Below, in pieces: positions 30,870 to 40,589 of a DNA stretch of 45,183 nucleotides (position 1 is the stretch's first letter; each line of letters starts with the position of its first letter). The stretch is from the NCBI GenBank assembly GCA_002811645.1, contig PDIP01000089.1, forward strand, positions 1 through 45,183. Reading direction: 5' to 3'. The notes under the pieces were generated by a model. The model was not told where the DNA came from. It searched no databases and was given only the letters and a program-made list of their open reading frames with translations. The position numbers and the translations under genes were made by a program. The stretch comes from Corallochytrium limacisporum Hawaii. Taxonomy: Eukaryota > Protista > Pluriformea.

Positions 30870-32029
30870 GATAAGTTTACCAGTTTCTTAAGTTCTCCCT
30901 GGCTACTCCCATCGATCGGTTGGGTCCAAGAGAACACGGCACATTGGCATCTGCCATTTGGAGACAGTTATCCGTAGTCTCTATTATACCAAACTGGTGA
31001 AAACTGGTCTATTTTCCTATCAGTATGATGATGCCAATATCGCATGAATACAGAATACAACGTACCAGCAAACAACGGAATACACGAAATGGGCAACAAT
31101 AGGGCTGCTCTACTCGTACCCGGGTTATTCTTTTTGTTATGCACAGGCCCCCCCCCCGCGGGAGGCCCCTGGCCCGTCTCACTCACTCCCAACACTCCCC
31201 CACCGCCTCCCCCTGGTTCTCCCCTCTCCTTCCCTTCCCGGTCTGTCTTGCCTGGGGCCCTCCGAATGGTGCCCCTCCCCCCGCCTCCCCAGTGCCAACA
31301 CATCAGCAGCCACTGCCGCCCGCTACGCTAGAGCCAGCGCTACGTTTTCCTCGTCCTCCAGCTCGGCCCCTTTGCTTGCCACTCACACACACACACACAC
31401 AACACACCTCGCTCTCTTTTACACGCTCATATTCTCTATATTCCGTGAATCATAATTGGAAATATTCCAGAGGTCTCCCAAGAAAATAGGCCCCCTATCA
31501 CCGACCCCAAAACCCCCTCTCCCTGGCCGGTACCGACTTCACCTTTTTCTATTGTGTGCCCCTACTACCCACCCACCTCCCTCTCCATTTCCTTTGCCCC
31601 GGGGAATGAGAAGAGAGGGGTAGGCGATAATGAACTTGCGCTTTGAAAGAGTCTGGCCTGGCTGCAGGGACTCAGGTCAAGCACGAGTTACGGAGCTGGC
31701 CTGGCCCCTTTTGTTTCCTCCTTCCTTCTTTCGGGAAATCACCGTGTTTTCTTTGTTAGCTATGAGTTCGCTGTGTCGGTGGAGTACTGTGCGTACCCGG
31801 CGGGTGGTTGCTGTTGGGAAAAGGGAAGCTGAAGAAGGCGAGCCGTAGGGGAAGGGGGCGGTCAGGTATTCTGGGGCCATTTTTTTCTCTATTTCGTTCC
31901 GTGTTTCCGTGATTGCGTATTATTGGCACGCGACACCTGCCCTTTCGTTTTTTTTTTCTGTTTGGCGGAGGGTGAGGGTTGGCGTTCTAACTGCCAGCCT
32001 CTGCCGAGGACACCCGGTTAGCTGGACAT

Positions 32030-32030
<1 letters not shown>

Positions 32031-32090
<60 letters not shown>

Positions 32091-32120
32091 CTCTCCCTCT
32101 CTCTCGCTCCCTCCCTCTCT
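32031..32120. repeat. (CT)n microsatellite, perfect 32031-32087 then degenerate
   Basis: Seen directly in the sequence. Confidence 0.95.
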
Positions 32121-33212
32121 CCCCTATCTATCAAAGTGCGGTGGATGGGATCCACATCTCGTGCTCGTACCAATAAGCACGGGACAACAACTCTGTGGTA
32201 CGAAAAAGTAGTTTCAAAGCACAAGGGCGAACAAAGAGAGATGATCGAAGCCGGGACCGAGAGCTTGCCTTTTCCCCGCGATTAGCCCCTCGCTCTCTCT
32301 CTCTCCCTCCCTCCCTCGACGCCTGCGTTGGTAATTACACACCGTCACATGCCTTTGGGCTCGGCTGGCTTTATGGTATCGCGGGATACAGACCCTCCCT
32401 ATCACCTATCGGTGTCTCTCCACTGCAGAAATCCCTCTGTTTTGGCCCTGATGAGTACAAAACACTTATCACCTGAGACCGAATCGATCCGTATCGCCAT
32501 AGAAATTACTAAAGAGAAGGAAAAAGGGAAAGAAAAGACCAAAATCACACAGAGAAACTGATAAAGAAGGCAATACCGAGCCCACATCGAGAGCCTGGTC
32601 CCGCAAACGATGAGACTGGCCGGCTGGAATGTACGGTGCTCCAAAAAAAAAANNNNNNNNNNNNNNNNNNNNNNNNNNNNNNNNNNNNNNNNNNNNNNNN
32701 NNNNNNNNNNNNNNNNNNNNNNNNNNNNNNNNNNNNNNNNNNNNNNNNNNNNNNNNNNNNNNNNNNNNNNNNNNNNNNNNNNNNNNNNNNNNNNNNNNNN
32801 NNNNNNNNNNNNNNNNNNNNNNNNNNNNNNNNNNNNNNNNNNNNNNNNNNNNNNNNNNNNNNNNNNNNNNNNNNNNNNNNNNNNNNNNNNNNNNNNNNNN
32901 NNNNNNNNNNNNNNNNNNNNNNNNNNNNNNNNNNNNNNNNNNNNNNNNNNNNNNNNNNNNNNNNNNNNNNNNNNNNNNNNNNNNNNNNNNNNNNNNNNNN
33001 NNNNNNNNNNNNNNNNNNNNNNNNNNNNNNNNNNNNNNNNNNNNNNNNNNNNNNNNNNNNNNNNNNNNNNNNNNNNNNNNNNNNNNNNNNNNNNNNNNNN
33101 NNNNNNNNNNNNNNNNNNNNNNNNNNNNNNNNNNNNNNNNNNNNNNNNNNNNNNNNNNNNNNNNNNNNNNNNNNNNNNNNNNNNNNNNNNNNNNNNNNNN
33201 NNGTGCGTAATG

Positions 33213-33237
33213 TGCGTGTGTGTGTGTGTGTGTGTGT
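33213..33237. repeat. (GT)n microsatellite next to an assembly gap
   Basis: Seen directly in the sequence. Confidence 0.85.
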
Positions 33238-35987
33238 CAGTCGCGGCCCGTCGGACTCTCAGGTGACAGTTTTATTTCGTTCCCCTTTTTTTTATCTTTC
33301 TTTCCACGGTCTCTCTCTCTCTCTCTGAGTCATTTCTTAAGACGTTCTTACGGTGGCGCTGGGGCAGTAACCGCCCCACTGGGAAAGAAAGTCACACCCC
33401 GCGGAAGGGGGGAGGGTTAGAGGAGAAGGGCGGGAGAGAGAGACAGAGTTTCCAGAGTGTGCAGCCGGGCCACCAAACGCGCGAGGGAAGCAAAGTTTTA
33501 GCAGTCACCAGCCACCTCCACCGCAGGGCCTTCCCCCACCCCACACCCTCCGTGTCTCCCAAAATAAAAGTGAGAGCAGCTGAGAATGATTTTCTTAAGC
33601 TTGAAAAGAATGCCAAAAAAAAAAATGAGGGAGCGGCGGCAGAGGCGCGCGCACCCTCTCTCTCTCTCTCTCGCTATAGCTCCCGGCCCACCACCTCCCT
33701 TGCGCTTGCGCACCAAACCAAACACCAAAAAAATCAATCCCAAGAAGGACATAGAAGAAAATGACAGGAAAGCCAGCACACCCACATCCCCACACACCCA
33801 AGGTGGCTCTCGTTGACCGTTCTTGGGCTCCCCCCCCCTCCTCCCCTCTTTTTCTCCCGGCCCTGTCCTCCGTGCGGTTGCTGACGCCCGGTGTCGGGAT
33901 CTTCCTTCAATCCTTTCGCCAATGACGACGGAAACAGGGGGAAACGGACGAGGCCAGCAACTGACAACAATTGGAAAAATGTCAGTATCTTTATTATTAG
34001 CTACGGGGGGACAAAGACTGTTCGCCATCGATTTCCTTAGCTTCTTTGAATGTCAGCAACCGATCCCGGGGACGAGGACGAAAGAGAAGAAGGGGGGTTT
34101 TGTTGTCGAAGGAAACCGCGGTTGACGCCATTCTTCTTCGCAGTTTTCTATACTGAATGGCCTTGTCTGTCTTTCCCGTCACTATTTTCTCTCTCTCTCT
34201 GTCCCCCCCCTTCAGTGTGTCGCTGGTTGAGTCTTTCCTCCTGTTCAACTTTCTTCTTGTGTTCTTGTGTGTTGATAAACGGGAAATTCAAACGGCAGGA
34301 GGAGAATGGCTTAAATTACTCATTGTTGGGTTCAAAAGCCGGTGGAAGGAGAACCACCCGGCCACGGGGGGCACCCGGGACACCACCAGCTGGAGAAGAC
34401 CGACGAAAGGGTGGAGAGACGTTCAGGGGGGGGGGAGAGAGAGAAGGGCCCGCGGGGGAGAGGGGACCATTAACCGCGCCGGTGGGTGGACCGAAATTCG
34501 TCATTTCGAGGGTCTCTCACCGGCTCAATTTATCCTTTTATCCCCTCATTTTTTTGTTTGTGGTGAGCCCGGTGGACCAAAATGCGGCGCGGAGATNNNN
34601 NNNNNNNNNNNNNNNNNNGGGGGGGGGGGAGGCGGTTTGGTTTCCGCACGCTCTGTTTCTCTCTCTCTCTCTCTCTGTCTGCCCAGCCAGCCTTGCGCTT
34701 TCAATAGAAATTAACCCTGGCCAAGCACGACGAAAGAGTGGGCCATGGGCAGGCCCCCCCCGGGGGGGGTCTCCTTGCACCCCCCTGCGTGGTGTCGGGG
34801 TGCAATGAACTACTCAACGTTGCGGGAAAATCTTTATACATTTAGTGCTAAAGCATAACAACAATACGCGAACTCAGGGAGGTAGGGGAGCGTGGAGCAG
34901 AGCCGTTGGTGTGGACGGGAGACGCAGCGGGGTGTTTGGGCGGAGGGGTGGTGGTGGTTCTTTCGTTGGAGAGCGAGAGAGACGAGACCCGGGGAGGACA
35001 AAGGCTAGAGAGCGACAGACAGAAAGAGAGAGAGACAGGGCGGGGGCCGCCGGGAGAGAAATTGAAGAAGAGAGATTCTTTAAAAAAAAGAAAACTCCGC
35101 GACTTTGTGAAGTGAGGGAAGGGAGGAGGCCCAACCACCGCCACGGCCAACCCCACATCATCGGGCAGCGGGTGATCCGATGAGAAAGGGCAAGGCCACC
35201 CCCCGGGAGGGGGGGGCTAATATGCCTCAAAGGAAATTAAAAGAGAGAAAAAAAAACCAAAAAAAAAAAGATAAAAAGGAAGAAAGACGACGAAGGAGGA
35301 GCGGGCGGTGGTGGTAGCAAAGCACAGCACAGTCCCCGAACCCAAAAGAAAAAAAAAGAAAAAAGGAGGAGNNNNNNNNNNNNNNNNNNNNNNNNNNNNN
35401 NNNNNNNNNNNNNNNNNNNNNNNNNNNNNNNNNNNNNNNNNNNNNNNNNNNNNNNNNNNNNNNNNNNNNNNNNNNNNNNNNNNNNNNNNNNNNNNNNNNN
35501 NNNNNNNNNNNNNNNNNNNNNNNNNNNNNNNNNNNNNNNNNNNNNNNNNNNNNNNNNNNNNNNNNNNNNNNNNNNNNNNNNNNNNNNNNNNNNNNNNNNN
35601 NNNNNNNNNNNNNNNNNNNNNNNNNNNNNNNNNNNNNNNNNNNNNNNNNNNNNNNNNNNNNNNNNNNNNNNNNNNNNNNNNNNNNNNNNNNNNNNNNNNN
35701 NNNNNNNNNNNNNNNNNNNNNNNNNNNNNNNNNNNNNNNNNNNNNNNNNNNNNNNNNNNNNNNNNCCCCCGGCCCCCCGCTTCCCTCCCTCCCTTCCTGC
35801 CTGCCCTTGCCATCCGCCCCGCGGGCCCCCGCGGCGGAGGGGTAGCCGGGCCCCCAAAACGGGAGAGGCGGTTCTACTCTTTTTCTTTTTTTTCCTCCTT
35901 TTTAGTTTTGGGTGGTGTTCGAGGACTTCGGTGGGCCGCCGTTATGGACACACACAGACACTCTGGCCGCGGGAAGGGGGGGGTTGT

Positions 35988-36023
<36 letters not shown>

Positions 36024-36031
36024 CGAGAGAG
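35988..36031. repeat. (AG)n microsatellite
   Basis: Seen directly in the sequence. Confidence 0.9.
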
Positions 36032-36599
36032 CGGAACACTTTTCCTACGGGCGTCCGGACCGCACACACACTCTCACTAACACACCAAAGGAGCGGTTTT
36101 GAGGACTGTGCAACTGTGCAAGTTTTGCGAAGAAAAGAGTGGGTTTCAGGTTTGGAATGTGTCCTACAAGGCATGTGAGCTGGCTGAAGCTTAGGGATTT
36201 TTTTATTGTGCAAAGTGTCGTCTCCACGGGATGTCATCATATTGAACTAGGTATCAGGTATTTTTATGGCGTCAGTACGACATCCGTCGATTTGGATCTT
36301 GGACGTGTGTAAAGCGTTTCTTGGTATGTGTGGGGTGCAAGGCATGCATCCGTAGGGAAAAGTATCCAGTAAATTTTAGTCGGAAACGGGATAACGCAAG
36401 TCTCGTGACGTAGTCAAAGGGTTGACGAGTGTTTTCTACTATCCTGTGTTTGAGAGGTTCTCCTGTGCACTGGCTTGTACTTTAGGATCAACGGCATTTT
36501 AGTTTCTGGGAGCTCACACCGGGTGTAACGGCAAAAAGAAACACCGAAAGCAATTAGGTAGGCAGTATTTCAATCCTCGAATTTAGCAAAATTTTGACC

Positions 36600-37364
36600 A
36601 TGGACGTGCATTCGAAGAACGTTGCGCTGTTCACGGTCCTCCAGATCTGGGACTCGTTTTATGAAGAGCTGAAATTGCACTTTTTGCGGCTCTGCTATGT
36701 GGTCATTGTGCTCAGTATTGTGTACGTCCTGAGCACGATCCCTGTGCTGGTGCTGGTGATTATGCCGCTAATCAGCTTAGCAGTAAGTCGTAAGTTGCAG
36801 CAGGCAGCCCTGCAGGAACGGGCATGGTACCGTCGAGTCGACGGCCTGGACGGTCTCCGTCTGCGCCTCGCACTGATGGACCGTGATTTCACTGCAGAAG
36901 ACTATGAAGATCTTATCCTCCTGGACCAGGCCAATGAAAAGAAGCGTCTGACCGAAGAAACCATTAATTCCCTTCCATCACGTAAAGTGGATCTCGAAAC
37001 GGTGGCCAAAGGTGAGAAGTGTACGATTTGTTTGGAGCACTACGAAGCCGGAGAGGAGCTACGGGAACTGCAGTGCGGTGCCGATCAACCCCATATTTAT
37101 CACAAGATGTGCATCGACCAGTGGCTCACGACCTCTGTGACCTGTCCCCTGTGCAAGGTGGCAATTCCGGACACGGACATGGTCAAAGGCTCCAGCTCAA
37201 GTCCTATCACTACCACCACAAGCACCGGCGGCAGGCACGCGTACTCTGCACCGTCAACTTTGACTCACCGGTCACCAAGAAGGGTACCAACAGGCACGAG
37301 CAACATTAGTAGCACCACAAATACTCCCATTCATGGGGAGTCTAGAACCATGGAGGCATCATGA
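36600..37364 (+). CDS. Membrane-anchored RING-H2 E3 ubiquitin ligase, SDIR1-like architecture
   Basis: Two TM helices, LRLRLALMDRDFTAEDYEDLILLD (cf. plant SDIR1 LRLQLALLDREFDDLDYETLRALD), and RING-H2 CTIC...C....HIYHKMCIDQWL....CPLC. First ATG is 36600. Confidence 0.9.
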   Translation: MDVHSKNVALFTVLQIWDSFYEELKLHFLRLCYVVIVLSIVYVLSTIPVLVLVIMPLISLAVSRKLQQAALQERAWYRRVDGLDGLRLRLALMDRDFTAEDYEDLILLDQANEKKRLTEETINSLPSRKVDLETVAKGEKCTICLEHYEAGEELRELQCGADQPHIYHKMCIDQWLTTSVTCPLCKVAIPDTDMVKGSSSSPITTTTSTGGRHAYSAPSTLTHRSPRRVPTGTSNISSTTNTPIHGESRTMEAS

Positions 37365-37640
37365 ACGGGACCAACTCCATGAGTTATTGAAAACAAAATT
37401 GAAAGCGAGACACGTTCTCCTTTCCTGATTGAACACACAAACACGCACAACTGTCATATCATTAACATCACATATATATATATAGACATCATCATTTGCT
37501 CAGAAATCACAGAACATGATCCGGTCATTGCTACGTACCTGCCCTAACTTTACTACACCTATGAATTCTATTGGGAAGCAATGCCCTAAACCTGGTCGTT
37601 CATGTCTACGGGGATAACACACTTCCAACCATGACCACAG

Positions 37641-38207
37641 TCATCCAAGAATGCTGAGATCATTAATGGTGAATGACTCCAAAATATTCTTGAAATCATC
37701 TAGCTCAGCTGGTGGTGCTCGTGTTGCAATCTGTGGAAGATTGCTGCTCGACTCCGGGTTGATGACCTTCGGATCATTTAAGCTAATCACAATGTCGGTC
37801 TGCTTTTCTGGGATCCTGATCACAACCAGATGTACATCCACCAAATTCCGTACCGTTTCTTTGTACTTACCGACTTCCTGGAACCCACGAATGTAGAATT
37901 TTCGCAGGCTGGGTGCGCCAGGCATCTCCTGGTCAGTCAGTTCTCTAGTGTCGCCGCTGCGGGCGTTCTCGGTTGAATCGTTGCACTTGGCCAACTCATC
38001 AAAGTGAACTTTGGCAGATTGCTCGTCAGGTACGTCCTGCCATTCAAGAATGTCGAACATGATGCTCTGGTCACTGTTCTCGTGGTTAAAGACCTCCTGA
38101 TTGTCTGGAATTTCACGAAAGGTACTGACGTCCAGGAAGCCGGGTGGCAAGCGGACAGAAAAGGCTCCCCCGTAGAGAGGACGCAGAGTGTTTTGCTGCT
38201 GGACCAT
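37641..38207 (-). CDS. MOG1: Ran guanine nucleotide release factor Mog1 (RANGRF)
   Basis: RPLYGGAFS..LP.GFLDVSTFREIPDNQEVF...DQSIMFDILE...HFDELA..N...IRIPEKQTDIVISLNDP. Confidence 0.96.
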   Translation of the reverse strand: MVQQQNTLRPLYGGAFSVRLPPGFLDVSTFREIPDNQEVFNHENSDQSIMFDILEWQDVPDEQSAKVHFDELAKCNDSTENARSGDTRELTDQEMPGAPSLRKFYIRGFQEVGKYKETVRNLVDVHLVVIRIPEKQTDIVISLNDPKVINPESSSNLPQIATRAPPAELDDFKNILESFTINDLSILG

Positions 38208-38805
38208 TGTTCCTCAAGTTTGTCCGAATTGTTAGTCTATCTATTGCAGCTAACTATGCGACACATCACAACCGTTTGCGTCCCGTCATTCTCTGTCTTA
38301 TTCTGAAAGTCCCACTTCCGTGATCAGTCTCCACGCTGCAAATTAGAAACAGGTTTGAGGGGTTGGCAGCGACCTCCGAGTACCTCTTTGTCAGCACCTT
38401 TGTGCAAATAAAAGCAGAACACGAGAAGACATGTTCACCAGCGTGCACTTCCACACACGCAGTTGAGGAAGTGCGAAAAGACCGTGAGCGGTGCCCAAAA
38501 TGCCCCCTCCCCTTCACACCACAACCGCGCGTTGGCTCGACCCCCGGGGGATACGTCCCGGGCCTGCGTCCCTTAGCACGACATGGTCATCTTCGTGTTG
38601 GGTTTCTTTCAGACTGATTCGAGAGATGTGTTTTGTTTCTTTAATACGAACTATGATGATCTAGATGCTTGCACTGCACTGCTAAATGTGCAGATACGAT
38701 GGCGGATGGCCTGCATGATACGATAGATGGGCTGTGGACAGCCACAGGATGCGTGCACCAACGGTAATGGATGCTTATGTTGAGATCTGCTTTGGAATCT
38801 TCTTT

Positions 38806-39207
38806 TCATTTCGATGGCGATGCCCCGTGCGGAACAAAGACGCGGTAGTCGTCACATCCGCTGCAGTGCTTCTTCAGACGCTCCTCCTCGGCCTTGGAGT
38901 GCAGGGAGTGAGTGGTGAACTGCGCTGCGGAAGTGTGGATACGCTGAAGTTTCAAGGCACCATCCACCGCTGTAAGCGTGACCTTTGCGGGCTTTCCAGA
39001 CTTTTCGATCTCTACAAGCGACATTCCTGCAACCGCACCGGGTTGGTCAGCCACAATCTGATATGTAACGTCCCTGCCGCGGCGATCGGTAATGGTGACT
39101 GTGTTTTCGTTGGAGGTAGGGTCAATAGCCATCCCATCAAGATCGTCAATGTCTACACTCGCGGGCACCGATACAAACCATTGCGTTCCTTCTGTTAGTC
39201 CCTCCAT
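38806..39207 (-). CDS. RPA34: RNA polymerase I subunit RPA34/PAF49-like, short form
   Basis: 133 aa. QWFVSVPASVDIDDLDG resembles LWLIQAPADF..ECFNG, and the terminal RVFVPHGA resembles the conserved RFxPFG motif of A34.5/PAF49. Confidence 0.65.
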   Translation of the reverse strand: MEGLTEGTQWFVSVPASVDIDDLDGMAIDPTSNENTVTITDRRGRDVTYQIVADQPGAVAGMSLVEIEKSGKPAKVTLTAVDGALKLQRIHTSAAQFTTHSLHSKAEEERLKKHCSGCDDYRVFVPHGASPSK

Positions 39208-40589
39208 TTTTCACTGGCGTACTGTTATAATCTGACAACTCTCGTTCTACTACTGGTGTCGTGTATACGTTAAACTCACGGGCGCTGTGTATGGTGGTTC
39301 TCTTTCGCAAACTTCAAGACTACAGTGCACTTGTTCTTGCATGACTCGCACACCTATCATGCCTGTTGTTGAAGTCCCATGATTAAATACCATAGCGCCA
39401 ATCTCAACAAGTGCTGCTCCCAACTGAATCCTATGCTACACACAGGTAGAAATCGCCTCGTGCCCCGCCCCAGCGGGTGGCAGGCACTGTCGGATCCAGT
39501 GCGTGTGTCTCTGAGGTGTACCCCTCTTGAAAGCTTTCGGAATTTCAAAGCTTTCCATGAAAGTATATCAAATTGGTCCTCACCCAAAATTAAACTCCAG
39601 CAAACGGGCCCCCAAGATGTTTTGCTTGCTCCCCGATATCATGAATTAGTTGAAGCCCATCCTTCGGGTAGCTAATCTTCGATTGCTCCACTATAGAAAT
39701 AGAATTCCCTGCGCCGTCCCGCACCTTGCGAAAGTCTCCATACCAACCGCGGGAGCCCCTTTTTCTTTCCCTTTTCTTTTTTTTTGGCGGTGGTGGGTGG
39801 TGGGGGAGGGCCGGCCTCTCCAGCCCTCGAGCCCTCAAGAACTCCGCAGAAGTTTTCCTGCGCAAGTCAAGAAGGGCAAAAAAATTGGATTCCCCTTTCT
39901 TCTGGGCACTTGAAAATCTGTGCAGTAAAGAGACTCCCGGTTCGGCAGAGGTTGGCGAGGGCCCCCCCCGGGGGGGGGTTAGGTCCGAGCCAGGGGAGGG
40001 GAGCGAAAGGAGGGGGGGCACCGAGGGGGAATGTCGTGGAAAGAGAGATTTTAGGCGCGGTTTGAAGTTGCGCGGGGGAACGCCGATCCTTGGTACATTC
40101 ACTACCGCCACAGAAAATACCGGCGGTGGGGACGAGTGGAGTTTTGGCTCTTGTCCGCAGCGGACGGGTGACCACTCCACTCTGCTGCACCGCAATGGGC
40201 GGTAGAACCGGTGTTCGAAGTGGCAACCGATCGGCTGGTCACTTGGCCGCTTCCACACGTAAAACTTTAGTCTGGCATGTATCAATATTTTTCTTCATCC
40301 GTTGTTGACTTGTACACGCGATACCTTCAATTTTACCAAGGGGTACCCCGACTTCTTCCACAACATCTGTGTTGTTTTCCTAATCGGTCGTTGGATCGGA
40401 ACCTTGCCAAGCTATTCAGCAGACAGATAGAACCAGTTCGCTCTCGTATGCGGGCCAGATTCGTTACTCGGTTCAAAACTTCACAAGCAAGGTTCTTGCT
40501 GACGGGAACTACAGGGGCTCATACAAACTCATATCAAGGGATTGAAATATTGCAAGATCAATTGGCCTTCGGTAATGAGCCACTAGCCT

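Noticed and set aside
31000-36300. Many 60-250-aa ORFs rich in Pro/Gly/Arg or SL/RE repeats (also 12.7-13.3 kb and 39.6-40.3 kb)
   Set aside because: Translations of microsatellites and GC-rich non-coding DNA that is poor in stop codons.
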